The translations under genes were made by a program, and so were the position numbers. DNA of 64,000 nt from an uncultured Ignavibacteriales bacterium (GTDB taxonomy: Bacteria > Zixibacteria > MSB-5A5 > GN15 > FEB-12): positions 26,875 through 90,874 of the forward strand of contig CAYQDB010000001.1 of NCBI GenBank assembly GCA_964416195.1, read 5' to 3'. The number at the start of each line of letters is the position of its first letter. Positions within the stretch are counted from its first letter, which is position 1. Under the pieces are notes generated by a model that worked only from the letters and a program-made list of their open reading frames with translations, had not been told where the DNA came from and did no database searches. Below are positions 35,376 to 46,179 of this stretch, piece by piece.

Positions 35376-38300
35376 TTAGAAGATCCAGTTACCGACCGGG
35401 CACGGCCCGCAATCGAAGTAATATGCAATGAGATAGTTCACATCAGCCATGTCGATGAGACTATCATTATTGACATCACTCAAGTGCTTGAATGGCACAG
35501 CGCCGGGGCCGCCGTTAACGGTAGCGGCAAGATAAATGATGTCGGCAAGGTCAACCGAACCGTCATTATTCACGTCACCACGACCGAAACCGGCCCACTT
35601 GTTGACCATGTGGGCCAGAGGAGCAATCTCAGCGGGATCGGTAGCGTCAGTCAGACCGCTCAGACCGAAGTGGGCGACACCAATGATGTATGTCTCGTTC
35701 GGACCGAAGTCTTTCTTAGCTAAGGTAGCCATCGCTTCAGCGTCAGAGGTTGTCATCTGGCCGGCATCCGGAGCATGGAAACCTGGAGGATACTGCATCC
35801 AGTTGTAGCAGGAATCCCAGAAGATTCCCCAACCCCAGAAACCGTTGCCAGGTGTACCTGACACACCAGCAAAGCCGTGGTAGTTAATCAACGGTTCGTA
35901 TCCACAGCCACCAAACGGGATCTTTATCTGACCCCATGCAGCATCCTCAGCCGGACGGTTGTACGCCCAACCAGCTGAGATACTGGCATCCATGGTAGCG
36001 GAGTCACCGCCTACATCGCAGTCCCAAATCTCACTGAGGTACCAGCCTTTGACGGAATCGCCGTTACGCTCGGTGAATTCAAGGATTTCGAGCGTCAGGT
36101 TGGCCAGCTCAGGTACACCAACGGCGCCAACCACGCGGCCATTGCAGTAGAGGCCCATGGTGGAGTCGTTGTCGAACGGAGCGCCGAAGTTCTCCCAATC
36201 CCATCCGCCTCCGAGATCGAAGTTCTGGACGGAATCGAGGAAGCTCTTGCAAACCATGTCGCCCGTGACAGTGGTGTAGTTCAGGCCGCCGTCAGTGGTC
36301 ATCTCGCCCAGCGAAACGCCGGCATCGAGATACGGCTTGCAAGCGTCGTCGCACCAGTTCGGATCCGGCTGCATGGAGACGAAGGCGTCAATTTCGCCGC
36401 CGCCAGAGGTCCAATCCTGCGTGTGTACGGCAACACGATGAGTGCTCACCGCGTACACGTAGGCGCCCTGGTAGTAGGAAGCGCCATCGCCGTCGATCAA
36501 GAAGCAGTTGTAGCCGGCAGGGCCATCGCCCCAGTCACCAGTGCCCAAACGACCGGTGTTTGTCACCAACTGCTCATTAGCAGGACCCACGCCGAAGTAC
36601 AGCGTGGTGGAGTCGATCAAGCAACCACCGACAAGGCAAACATGCTGGACAGGCTGCATAGTGACATTATTCAGGAAGAAGTCGGGGTCGTCAGTCTCCA
36701 GAGAGAGATAGAAGCACTGTGGACCACGGTTGATAGCGGTCTGAATGACATCCAGATCGATGGCCATTGGAGGATCGGTGGGGGTCAAAACGTCACCTGC
36801 TGCGGGATGGACAACCGAGTTCAGATACGGAGGGAAGCCGGCAGCAGCGCGGTTGATTCTCTCCTTGTTGAGGTCCATCTCCCGTACCGAGACCATGTTG
36901 TTCTCGTCAAGGACATTCTCGTTCGGACGCAGGTACTTGGACAGGAAGGCATCCCGCGCCAGCTTATCGGCGATACTCGCCGCCCGATCCATGAAGCTCG
37001 GGTCAACGGTGTTGGCCGAAGCAAAGTCAGGGATCGTCGTACCAGGGTTGACCTCGTCTGCCGTCACGGAAATAAAGTTGAGGTTAGCGCAACCGGTGTT
37101 CACGTAAACATCCGGGATGGAAACCGGCAGGCTTGTCGCCGGACCGAACTCAACCGCAGTCATCGGGCTGTAGGTCTGGATCTGTAAACGCGGACGATCT
37201 ACCTGCTTGGTCATGTCGAACAGGTCGCCCCAGTAGGTGGCGAACAAAACGTGGGTTTCACCAGTGCCGGGATCGGGAGCGATCGCTCCGGCCATACCCA
37301 GGTTAGCAGTGCCACCACCATGATCAATACGACGACGGTAGACTTCCTCAAAGGTTACGGCATTGACGCAACTGAGGAAACCGTCTTCGTTGAACACATA
37401 AAGCAGATCAGGTTCGGGTTCCGGCTCGCAGGTAAGGATGCCATCGACGTAGTAGCGGCCACCGCTGGCGCTGGTAAAGGTGCGCTCGATAGCGCCGCTG
37501 CTCTTCTTGACGGCATACATATTGCCACCGGCCGGAGCGCCGACCCATCGGGTCAAGGAAGGCATGTAGACATGGTTGACATCGATGATTGGAGTCTGGT
37601 AATAGGCGCGGTTGGCAATCGTCGCGGAGCCAACAAGCATTCCATTGGTAGAATTAAGGCGATAGAACAGACCATCAGTCGGGTGGTCGGCTTCCGCACG
37701 CGAGTTGGCATATATAACGCCATTCTCATAGGATATACCGGCAGTGAAGCCCTCATCGTTGTTGTAGCCATTGGCATGGGTCCAGACGACCGGACCCTGC
37801 AGGCCGGCAGCGGGTGGTACGGACAATTGCCAGTTGAAACCACCAGTGGCGGCGTTTATCGAGTAGAGATCACCTTCGACACCGGTAGCAAAGGTGCCAA
37901 AGAAGAGATTCTCGCCATCGGTAACGCCGGAAACATAGGTAGAGTACGAGAGGTCAACCGGGTAGCCGGGCATGAGAACGCCGGTTAGAGCGTCAACGCC
38001 GACAACCTTGCCGTCGTCAGTACCCCAGAAGACATAGTCAATTGCACTGAGGTTCACGACGGTAAAGCGGCCCCAACGGGTGGTGCCCCACACTCCACTA
38101 GGACCAACAGTGCCCAGGTCGCGGCTCCAGATCAGAGCGCCGGTGTTATAGTCATACGCCATAATGGCGAATGAACTGCCACCGGATGCGAACAGAACAG
38201 GATCAGGGTAACCCGCAATAGTAGCTACGGTCGGTGTCGACCGAATACTACTGCCGATCATTGTCCCGTCGTAAGGCAACGTATATATGGGCATTCCGGT

Positions 38301-40355
38301 CGCCAGATCAAACGTGATATAGTGATCACTGAATGAGCAGGTGACTTTATCATAAGCAATGATTGGTCCGCAGAAACTGACGCCGCTGCTCGGGTCCTCA
38401 TAGGCCCAATTGAGCGTCAGGTCGCACCAGGCATCGCCGACCGGGTTCAAGGAAGCGCCGGTACGGGCGTAGTCATGCTGGTAAGTGTACCAGTCTTCGC
38501 CTGTGGGCTCACAGATACGTCCGGTATAGGGGATGCAGCAGTGGAAGGCTTCGACTATACCAGCAATGTCTTGCGGCATACCGCCACCCCAGTAGGGATA
38601 CAGGAGCTCCCAAGCGCCAGCATAGTTCTCCGCCAGGCCGTCCACGCAGCCGCCTCCTCCGTTATCGGACAGGGTACGGATGCCGTCGGTCTCGTCAGTA
38701 CCGAACGACTCGATGCCGACCCAGTAGTCTCCAGTGACGTAAACATTGAGAGGCTCGAAGTCGACGCACATCGCTGCCGGGAAGATCTGGTATGGGATAC
38801 CGGACCCCGGTCCGATTGTGATTCCAGCCCGCTTGGCGCCGGGTAGACCACCAGCGTCGCTATAGACCTGAATCTCGGACTGCGTCGTGTAGATGTTTGG
38901 GTCACCGTTGTCATACAGGTACCAGCAGACATCATGTACCCGGCACTCCTTACCTTCACCATGGAATTTCTGTGCATGTGCATAGTCACCATAGGCATCA
39001 GGCAGGCGCCAGAACCAGTCGAGGCTGACATAGCACCAGTTCCAGGCACATTCATAGAACTCGTCTTTGCAGAGGTAGGCGTCGAACAGGAAGTTGGCGT
39101 CAAGGCCCCAGCAGGTGAGCATGTCGATCCAACCACCTTCATCGCACGTGGAACGTCCGACACCGTCGGTGCCGTCGGATGACAAGCAGGCTTCATAGTC
39201 ACCGCTGCCGGGAATGGCGCTGGATGAGAAGGCGATATGGAAGTCATTCATGGTGATATTGTAACCCGGGATCAATACCAGGTTGAACGTGAATCTCTCC
39301 CATGACGGGAAGAAGGCATAAGGTGGTGATTTCACTACCTGGGCAATCTGAGCGCCCGGCAGGCCGCCGGCATCGTCGTAGATGGTTATGATAACGTCGT
39401 CATTACCACAGTTGCCAGTACCATCGTCATAGATAGCGACATCTACGACCTGGAGGGTCTCCGCGCCTTTGACGCTATGGCGCATGGCATAGGATAGGTC
39501 ACCATAGACGGGATGCGGCGCCCGCCAGAGATAGGCAACGTTTGTGTAGTAATACTGCCAATAGCAATCGGTATAAGGTATTTCTCCACAGCAACGCTCG
39601 GAGAGGATGAAGAATGATACATCAATTCCCCAGTCGTTTAGCATCGTTCCCCACATACCACCACAGAACTCACTGGAACGCTCTTCGCCCACATACGGAC
39701 CGGTAGCGTCGTCTGAGATGATAGCCAGGGTATCTCCAGGGCTACCCAGGATCGTCCACCCATAGTGGTACTTCTCACCGGTAAAGACCCACCAGTTGCC
39801 GCTGGCATTGCCGGCAGGGGTGAAGTCGGCAGCGACGTACGCAATACCGCTGGTCGGGAGACTTGCGTTCAGGATGTCCACCGAGTCGAGCTTGGCGAAA
39901 GGGAACCCGAAGCCGTCGTCATCCCAGAGGAAGCAGCGCATGTCAGGAGTGCCAACCATCACCGTGCCGTACATGAGGTAGTCGGCGACCATCAACGTGC
40001 AGTAGTAGTCAGGAATAGATGTGAACCGCATGTTGAACAGGTCGTCGCCATAAACATCCGGGATGGGCCAGTAGTAGTATGGAACACCGTTGGTGTAGTC
40101 CTCAACATCGCAGAAGTAGGTCTGAGGAGGAGTAGGCGCCGTCATACCGCCAGGCAGTTGCTTGAGGGCCGATTCTGGTTTTCTAAAGGCAGGTTGTTCC
40201 GGTCTGGCATCGGCAAGGTTCACAAATCGATCGTGATTTGGATTCACCTTGATGACAGGGTTCAACTCGCCTTTAACTACATCTGAAATTGCCGTACCGC
40301 TCAGAGCCAAGACAAGACTCAGAACGAATACTGCGCTTATCAGTCTTTTCAACAT
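35376..40355 (-). CDS. Very large secreted protein with PQQ-like beta-propeller and C-terminal dockerin-like domain
   Basis: Signal peptide, AAGGAGG RBS; WYTYQHDYARTG and repeated W...G blades; GDVNNDGSVDLADIIYL...DVNNDSLIDMADVNYL. Confidence 0.85.
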   Translation of the reverse strand: MLKRLISAVFVLSLVLALSGTAISDVVKGELNPVIKVNPNHDRFVNLADARPEQPAFRKPESALKQLPGGMTAPTPPQTYFCDVEDYTNGVPYYYWPIPDVYGDDLFNMRFTSIPDYYCTLMVADYLMYGTVMVGTPDMRCFLWDDDGFGFPFAKLDSVDILNASLPTSGIAYVAADFTPAGNASGNWWVFTGEKYHYGWTILGSPGDTLAIISDDATGPYVGEERSSEFCGGMWGTMLNDWGIDVSFFILSERCCGEIPYTDCYWQYYYTNVAYLWRAPHPVYGDLSYAMRHSVKGAETLQVVDVAIYDDGTGNCGNDDVIITIYDDAGGLPGAQIAQVVKSPPYAFFPSWERFTFNLVLIPGYNITMNDFHIAFSSSAIPGSGDYEACLSSDGTDGVGRSTCDEGGWIDMLTCWGLDANFLFDAYLCKDEFYECAWNWCYVSLDWFWRLPDAYGDYAHAQKFHGEGKECRVHDVCWYLYDNGDPNIYTTQSEIQVYSDAGGLPGAKRAGITIGPGSGIPYQIFPAAMCVDFEPLNVYVTGDYWVGIESFGTDETDGIRTLSDNGGGGCVDGLAENYAGAWELLYPYWGGGMPQDIAGIVEAFHCCIPYTGRICEPTGEDWYTYQHDYARTGASLNPVGDAWCDLTLNWAYEDPSSGVSFCGPIIAYDKVTCSFSDHYITFDLATGMPIYTLPYDGTMIGSSIRSTPTVATIAGYPDPVLFASGGSSFAIMAYDYNTGALIWSRDLGTVGPSGVWGTTRWGRFTVVNLSAIDYVFWGTDDGKVVGVDALTGVLMPGYPVDLSYSTYVSGVTDGENLFFGTFATGVEGDLYSINAATGGFNWQLSVPPAAGLQGPVVWTHANGYNNDEGFTAGISYENGVIYANSRAEADHPTDGLFYRLNSTNGMLVGSATIANRAYYQTPIIDVNHVYMPSLTRWVGAPAGGNMYAVKKSSGAIERTFTSASGGRYYVDGILTCEPEPEPDLLYVFNEDGFLSCVNAVTFEEVYRRRIDHGGGTANLGMAGAIAPDPGTGETHVLFATYWGDLFDMTKQVDRPRLQIQTYSPMTAVEFGPATSLPVSIPDVYVNTGCANLNFISVTADEVNPGTTIPDFASANTVDPSFMDRAASIADKLARDAFLSKYLRPNENVLDENNMVSVREMDLNKERINRAAAGFPPYLNSVVHPAAGDVLTPTDPPMAIDLDVIQTAINRGPQCFYLSLETDDPDFFLNNVTMQPVQHVCLVGGCLIDSTTLYFGVGPANEQLVTNTGRLGTGDWGDGPAGYNCFLIDGDGASYYQGAYVYAVSTHRVAVHTQDWTSGGGEIDAFVSMQPDPNWCDDACKPYLDAGVSLGEMTTDGGLNYTTVTGDMVCKSFLDSVQNFDLGGGWDWENFGAPFDNDSTMGLYCNGRVVGAVGVPELANLTLEILEFTERNGDSVKGWYLSEIWDCDVGGDSATMDASISAGWAYNRPAEDAAWGQIKIPFGGCGYEPLINYHGFAGVSGTPGNGFWGWGIFWDSCYNWMQYPPGFHAPDAGQMTTSDAEAMATLAKKDFGPNETYIIGVAHFGLSGLTDATDPAEIAPLAHMVNKWAGFGRGDVNNDGSVDLADIIYLAATVNGGPGAVPFKHLSDVNNDSLIDMADVNYLIAYYFDCGPCPVGNWIF

Positions 40356-41089
40356 TTAATTCCTCCTTAAAAAAGGAAAGAGTGTGAATTCGTGTTCTCT
40401 AAAGTTGGCAAATTACCGGACTGACCATAATATCGGCAGTCATGAGGCATTTTGCCAGTATCCGGCAAGAAAGAATGTCTAGGGAAAAACCGTATACGAA
40501 CTTTAGCCAACGAATTCATTAAATTCCTCTTCTTTTTGGAGTCGGAGCCTTGAAAGCCCCTGTTGTATCAAAAGTTTCATGCTTCTGCGCTCTTATTTTC
40601 AGCCAATTGTCTATATGTTTCACCTCCTATATAACTGACATCAGTCAGCCAAAGGCTTATGGTTTTCAGATAAGGACTTAACATGGAAAGTGTTACAGAC
40701 ACTAACTATACAATGCAGAGAATGAATTACCGCTCGGCTGATTTGGGTACCGAAAGAATCTTGCCCGTTGGACAGACCCCTACGGACCTGCCTGACGGCA
40801 ACTTCATTAGCATTATACAGTCTTCTCGAGGTAAGTAGGTGTTACAACATGAAACACTTGTGGCTCTCGGATTCACTTGTAACTTAACACACGCTCATAA
40901 GAAAGTTAATTGTTTTCCACAGTTTGTCAAGACAAAAATGGGAATTTTTTGCCAAATTATTCAGGGTGTTAGCGGACTCTTTGCTTCTATCGGTTTAATG
41001 AAGGCTATTTTTGTATTGTTTTATGCTAATCTTGTGCGCGACAACCGGCAGACGTGGAAAGGGTGTCCCAAAAGGCAATGATGCCTACT

Positions 41090-41173
41090 CGCGTAGGGTG
41101 GGGGCTTGTCTCCCGCCTAAAAGTGGCGATGCCACCGGCGGACGTAAAGCCCGCCGCTACGCGGAGTTAGAGA
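41090..41173. repeat. GTAG-type REP-like element, copy 2
   Basis: Near-identical arms to 12239-12310 with a different spacer; followed by a GGCAGATGTGGACATGTGCC copy at 41211-41237. Confidence 0.85.
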
Positions 41174-41359
41174 ATGGCGACCTCATTTGGTGTAGATCTA
41201 ATCTTGTGCGCGGCAGATGTGGACATGTGCCAGGCACAGGTTTTTTAGCACGCCCCGAGTTTGGGAATGCCACCCGTCGGCGGACGTGGTAACTACCCGA
41301 CTTGGTAGTCACGAATACCTTGACAGGCCGGAGAAAAAGTCGGTTTTTGTGGTAGTGCT

Positions 41360-43768
41360 ATGCGCCTGGTCTCACTTAAAGCACGGAATTTCAGGGTTCT
41401 CAGGGAAGTCAGCCTGGTTTTTCCCGATAGCGTCATAGGCGTGATCGGACCTAACGGGGCGGGCAAATCCTCGCTGGTAGAGGCAATTTCCTGGGCGCTG
41501 TATGGCACACAGGTGGCACGTTCCGGGAAAGAAGAAATAAAATCGGTTTTTGCCGGCCCCTCGGAACTTTGCGAAGTCTGCCTGGAATTCGCAATCAATG
41601 GTGAATTATATCGTGTTGTGAGGCGTCTGACCGGCAGGTCTGATCGACCGGAAGTGGAGCTGTATCGGGGTGCGGCGGCGGAATCAGTGGGGGTAAACGA
41701 GACCCGACGCTATGTGGGCGAACTGCTTGGCCTTGACTGGCGAGGCTTTTTGACTTCCTTCCTGGCTCGTCAGCAGGAGCTAAACGCCCTGTCGGATCTG
41801 CAGCCATCCAAGCGTCGGGACCAGTTAGCCGGAATGCTCGGAATTGAACGGCTCGATAGGGCTATCAGGAAAGTCAAGGAAGATACCCGTTCTGATGAGC
41901 GTCAGGCCGGTTTTCTTGAGAAACAACTGGCCGACTTAGGTTGGATCGAGCTGAGGATTAAGGAGCTCACTGCTCAGATATCACAGTTGTCACAGCGGGT
42001 TAGCCGTCTGGAAACAGCCTGTAAGGAGGCGCAGACTGCCTTCGAAAGAGCCTCGGAGCATTTTCAGAGAGTCCAGCAAGCGAAATCAGCCTGGCTGCAA
42101 CTTCAGGCGCGGCTCGAAGCAGAAGAGAAATCAATCGTGCACCTCTCAGAGCAGCTCCAGAACCTTAGGCAGGAAGCGTCCCGACTGGCCCAATACCAGC
42201 AAGAGCTGTCGGAACTGGAGATAAAGCTGGCTGATCTGCCGGCTCTTCGAGAGCAACTGGAAACCATGAAACTCGCCAGGAGCCGTCTGGAGATGCGTCA
42301 GACGTTGACCAAACAGGAGGCCGACCTTACCCGCGAGAGAGATCAAATCGAAAGCCGGATGGCATCAAATGACAGGATGATGGCTGATTATGAAGGACAA
42401 ATGAGCAGTATTCCTGATAATGTGCGTGGCCTTCTTACTGATGAACAACAGCGATTGGAACAGGCACGCAATGAATACAGCCGATTGCGCTCCCGCAAAG
42501 TGGCACAGGAAGGCGAAATCAGGAAGCTGAAGCAACAGATGGAGTCGATTGCCCAGTTCGGCCCGGAATCAGTGTGTGATCGCTGCCTGCGGCCGCTTGG
42601 CGACAGCTTGCCAGAGATCAGGGCGCATCTGACAAAGGAGCTTGCCCAGCTCGAACGAGCCGCGGCGGAGCTGGATAGGCAACTCCAGATAAAGCAGGAG
42701 GAGGGCAAAAAGCTCAAGGAGTCCTGCCGGGATTTGGAGGACCGCGCCAACACGCGCTATCAATTGTCTGTTAAAAGGGAAGCCTGTCTCAGCGAAAGGG
42801 AATCTCTTTTAGAAAGAAGGAGAGAGCTGCAAGGCAAGTTGTCAGAAATCTCAGGCCGGCTTGCGCAACTGGGGCAGGCTCATTTCGACGAAGAGCAGTT
42901 TTCCTCGCTAGCGGGGAGAGCCGAACAGCTTGAGCAAGTTCGCTCGCGCTCCAACCAGCTTAAAGGAGAGTTGTCCCGATTACCGGCCGTCAGGCAGGCC
43001 ATTGAGGATCATACCCAAAAGCAGGAATCGGCCGACAAGGAGGTGGCTTCCCTAAAGGCAGAACGGGAAAGGTTGGCTTTCGGTGAGAAGGATTTTGAAG
43101 CGGCTCAGCAGTCTTTCCAGACAGCGCAAAAACAGCTTGAGCTGGCCAAAAACGTGTATCTGTCGGCTTCCAAAGAACATGAGCTTAATCAGAGGGAGTT
43201 GGAGGGCAAGCTGGAGCAGATGAAGCGGTTCGAGCAGATGTCCCAGGAGCTTGAAAACTGCCGCACCAGCCTGTACTACGGTGAAAAGCTGGCCGGCTTA
43301 TTTGTCAAGTTCCGCTCTCACCTGATTGCGGGGATACGTCCCGCGCTGGCTGGGTTTTCCAGTCAGTTGATGTCGGAGATGACGAGCGGCAAGTACAACC
43401 TGGTTGAACTCGACGAGAAGTACAATCTGAGGGTCATGGACTACGGTCAGTATTACGGCGTTGACCGCTTTTCCGGGGGAGAAAAGGACCTGGCCAATCT
43501 CTGCTTGCGGCTGGCCATATCGCTGGCGCTTACAGAGTCGGCCGGACTGAGCCGGTCTTTCATCATTCTTGACGAGATTTTCGGCTCTCAGGACAATGAA
43601 AGAAAAGATTTGATCATTAGAGCGCTGGCCAACCTGAAAAACCGGTTTCCCCAGGTTCTTCTCATCACTCATGTTGAAGACATCAAAGACAGAGTTGAAG
43701 AGTTGATCGAGGTTGTCCCAACCGGCGCCGGCTGGTCGGAGGTTATGGTAAATGGCAACCCAGCGTAG
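41360..43768 (+). CDS. sbcC: SbcC/Rad50-type SMC ATPase
   Basis: Walker A GPNGAGKS, long coiled coil, zinc hook CDRC, signature FSGGE, Walker B IILDE, H-loop LITH. Confidence 0.88.
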   Translation: MRLVSLKARNFRVLREVSLVFPDSVIGVIGPNGAGKSSLVEAISWALYGTQVARSGKEEIKSVFAGPSELCEVCLEFAINGELYRVVRRLTGRSDRPEVELYRGAAAESVGVNETRRYVGELLGLDWRGFLTSFLARQQELNALSDLQPSKRRDQLAGMLGIERLDRAIRKVKEDTRSDERQAGFLEKQLADLGWIELRIKELTAQISQLSQRVSRLETACKEAQTAFERASEHFQRVQQAKSAWLQLQARLEAEEKSIVHLSEQLQNLRQEASRLAQYQQELSELEIKLADLPALREQLETMKLARSRLEMRQTLTKQEADLTRERDQIESRMASNDRMMADYEGQMSSIPDNVRGLLTDEQQRLEQARNEYSRLRSRKVAQEGEIRKLKQQMESIAQFGPESVCDRCLRPLGDSLPEIRAHLTKELAQLERAAAELDRQLQIKQEEGKKLKESCRDLEDRANTRYQLSVKREACLSERESLLERRRELQGKLSEISGRLAQLGQAHFDEEQFSSLAGRAEQLEQVRSRSNQLKGELSRLPAVRQAIEDHTQKQESADKEVASLKAERERLAFGEKDFEAAQQSFQTAQKQLELAKNVYLSASKEHELNQRELEGKLEQMKRFEQMSQELENCRTSLYYGEKLAGLFVKFRSHLIAGIRPALAGFSSQLMSEMTSGKYNLVELDEKYNLRVMDYGQYYGVDRFSGGEKDLANLCLRLAISLALTESAGLSRSFIILDEIFGSQDNERKDLIIRALANLKNRFPQVLLITHVEDIKDRVEELIEVVPTGAGWSEVMVNGNPA

Positions 43769-44423
43769 TGCGACCAGGCGGAAAATGAGAGCCGGTTATA
43801 AATGGGCGATATTCCTGTTGCTGGTGGTTCTTATTCTGTGTCTCCGGTTGGTGGAAGAAATCGGCCTTGATGGTAAACCGGACGATCGTTTCATCATCAA
43901 GAAAATCGAAGACGGCGACACAGTGGAACTGCTGGGCGGTGACCGACTTCGCCTGCTTTCCGTCGATACCCCTGAGAAAGGTCAGTTGTTTTATGACGAA
44001 GCGTGCCGATTTCTTGCTGATTTGACGCTGGGGAAAACGGCGCGGATAGAGTTCGCCGGTCGTCGTCGCGACAAGTACGGGCGGCTGCTGGGTTACCTAT
44101 ATATTGACAGTATTTTCGTCAACAAGGCTATCCTGGAAAAAGGGTTGGGGCTTCTGTACCTGTTCCGGGACACCGAGTTGGATCGCCCTGAAACAAAAGA
44201 GCTGCTCATGGCTCAGCGAGCCGCTATGCAGAAGAAAGTTGGCCTGCATTCCATTGAGCGAGCAAAAGAGGATCGCTATATTGCTAAACAAGGCTCGTTT
44301 CGTTTCCATCGCCCCGGCTGCCCCTCGGTGAGAAACCTGCGACCGGGAAGTTATCAAACCTTCAACACTCGCGAGGAAGCTCTCCGGGAGGGGCTTTCGC
44401 CATGCCGGAGGTGTAAGCCGTAA
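43752..44423 (+). CDS. Thermonuclease (SNase) family protein with N-terminal TM and C-terminal Ada-like Zn-binding domain
   Basis: DGDT, RLLSVDTPE and RDKYGRLLGY; FHRPGC...PCRRCKP. Confidence 0.88.
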   Translation: MATQRSATRRKMRAGYKWAIFLLLVVLILCLRLVEEIGLDGKPDDRFIIKKIEDGDTVELLGGDRLRLLSVDTPEKGQLFYDEACRFLADLTLGKTARIEFAGRRRDKYGRLLGYLYIDSIFVNKAILEKGLGLLYLFRDTELDRPETKELLMAQRAAMQKKVGLHSIERAKEDRYIAKQGSFRFHRPGCPSVRNLRPGSYQTFNTREEALREGLSPCRRCKP

Positions 44424-44538
44424 CTGGAGGCACTTGTCCCGCTCACTCACTTGTGGGCATCACCCTGGCTTGGTAATCTAAAACGGGACTTCAAGTTTTT
44501 CATTGCCACCGAGGAAGTTTCACATAGATATTCAGGCT

Positions 44539-45186
44539 ATGAAGTTGAGCGTCTACAATGTTAGACTGCGTATCGCAACCATCCTACTGGCGTCGCTTTC
44601 AATAGTCCATGCCGAAATACGGAGCCGAGCGGATTTGCCCACTACCCCTCCGGCTGATTCGGCAGAAGCGGAACGGGTCCGTATCTGGGTGCCGATTCAC
44701 AGGCAGAGTCGGTGTCGTGTCACTGTCGATATCCTGAACGACTCAAACAGCGTTGTCTGTCATCTGGCCGACCGGCTTATGTCTCAGGGTTACTACAACT
44801 TCTATTGGGATAAAAAAGATGATTCAGGAGAATTCGTCAGACCCGGCGAATACGTCTTCGTAGTAAATGACTGCGGCCGGAAAAGCTATGGGGAGGTCAC
44901 GGCCCAGTTCCAAGAATGGGAAAGGGCAGGCCGCATCTATCCTCCAGAAGAAAAATGGTCTACAAACGTTGGGTTCGAACTGCTGGTGGACTCGGCTGTT
45001 GTCTCCGTGAACATATACAACCGCCGGGGTGGGTTGGTGGATAACCCTATTGTCGATTCCTTGATGAATCGAGGGAAGTACAAGTTTGAATGGCTTCCGC
45101 TTGAGAAAGTCCCCCGAGGGATATATACCCTCAAATTGACCGTAGGTGACTTCACACACGCGGTCGAAATTGGCTACCGCCCATGA
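44539..45186 (+). CDS. Secreted protein with two FlgD-like Ig domains
   Basis: VTVDILNDSN...YWDKKDDSGEFVRPGEY and VSVNIYNRRG...GIYTLKL repeats. Confidence 0.65.
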   Translation: MKLSVYNVRLRIATILLASLSIVHAEIRSRADLPTTPPADSAEAERVRIWVPIHRQSRCRVTVDILNDSNSVVCHLADRLMSQGYYNFYWDKKDDSGEFVRPGEYVFVVNDCGRKSYGEVTAQFQEWERAGRIYPPEEKWSTNVGFELLVDSAVVSVNIYNRRGGLVDNPIVDSLMNRGKYKFEWLPLEKVPRGIYTLKLTVGDFTHAVEIGYRP

Positions 45187-45686
45187 CGCGCGCCAGATAT
45201 ACCCTATTAATAATGAGGGTAGTATCATGTTCATACCTTTCAGCAGCGCTGGTTGTCGGGTGCGGTAAGTATTGGACCCATGACCGATCCGGAGTAGAGG
45301 CTCAAGGGGGCGGGCATTACGAAATAGCGTGGATAGATCCACAGATTGTCATTTCGGATTCACTGTTCACACTCATCAAGGCTCAGCGGATCGATTCTTT
45401 CTTCCTAGACCAACCTGCATACCCAACCTCGGCTGCGGCTCCCTCGTTGGTATTCCGCATACTTTATGATGAGTGCGTAACTTCAGTAAACTTGATAAAC
45501 TCCGCAGGGGATGTAATCAGGCCTCTCCTTGTGAAGCGTCTTGGTCAAGCATATTACAAGCTTACCATTGATCTGAGTCATTTCAACGAAGCGACCAGCA
45601 CCACGCTCCCTCTGTATCTCGAGGCCAACTACTGCGGTGAATCGGTCCGCCAACCTATTAGATCAGTGGGTAGACCTGGCGGATAG
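45183..45686 (+). CDS. Hypothetical lipoprotein with degenerate FlgD-like domain
   Basis: Lipobox-like VVGC; stop-start overlap with upstream gene; VNLINSAGDVIR. Confidence 0.55.
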   Translation: MTRARYTLLIMRVVSCSYLSAALVVGCGKYWTHDRSGVEAQGGGHYEIAWIDPQIVISDSLFTLIKAQRIDSFFLDQPAYPTSAAAPSLVFRILYDECVTSVNLINSAGDVIRPLLVKRLGQAYYKLTIDLSHFNEATSTTLPLYLEANYCGESVRQPIRSVGRPGG

Positions 45687-45920
45687 AAGGCAGGGATCGC
45701 CCTCTCATTCAGAAGCACTAACGTTATGACCTGCGAAGCTGGTGTCTTGCCATAACTTGCGCAAATCGTGCGCCAACCTAAGTCGATGTTTCTTTAAGCG
45801 TTCTGCCACCTGACGGCTCCTTCAGCCGCAAGGTATCAGCGTGTCCTGCGCTATGCAGTCATTGCCTGATAAAACGCTGCCATTCGCTGCATGAAGAGCG
45901 GTGGAATTCGGAAAAAAGAA

Positions 45921-45949
45921 TTGACATTTAGAGGGGGAGAGTGTAGATT
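45921..45949 (+). promoter_or_regulatory. Sigma-70 promoter
   Basis: TTGACA-17 nt-TAGATT. Confidence 0.65.
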
Positions 45950-46179
45950 GAAATGCTAATTACTACTAATGAAGTCTCCTCTTCGGAGCCCGATGTGGGC
46001 TCTGTACTTGGGTAAGAACAGTGGAAGTGGAAGGAGGGGTCATGTTGCATGACGCATTTACCTGATATCACCAACGCCATTCCCGTGTCTGCCGAAGATA
46101 TATTGCGCGAAGTTGATAATTCAATCTTATTACCAGGCGCTTCGGGCGCTTTTAACAACTCAAAGTGGAGGAACAACAG

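Noticed and set aside
36423-37988. Long plus-strand ORFs (254 aa, 245 aa) antisense to the 1659-aa gene
   Set aside because: Shadow ORFs of a codon-biased gene; no motifs or RBS
40400-40480. c-di-GMP-I riboswitch upstream of the 1659-aa gene
   Set aside because: GGCAAA is present but the GAAA tetraloop stem and receptor order do not fit the consensus
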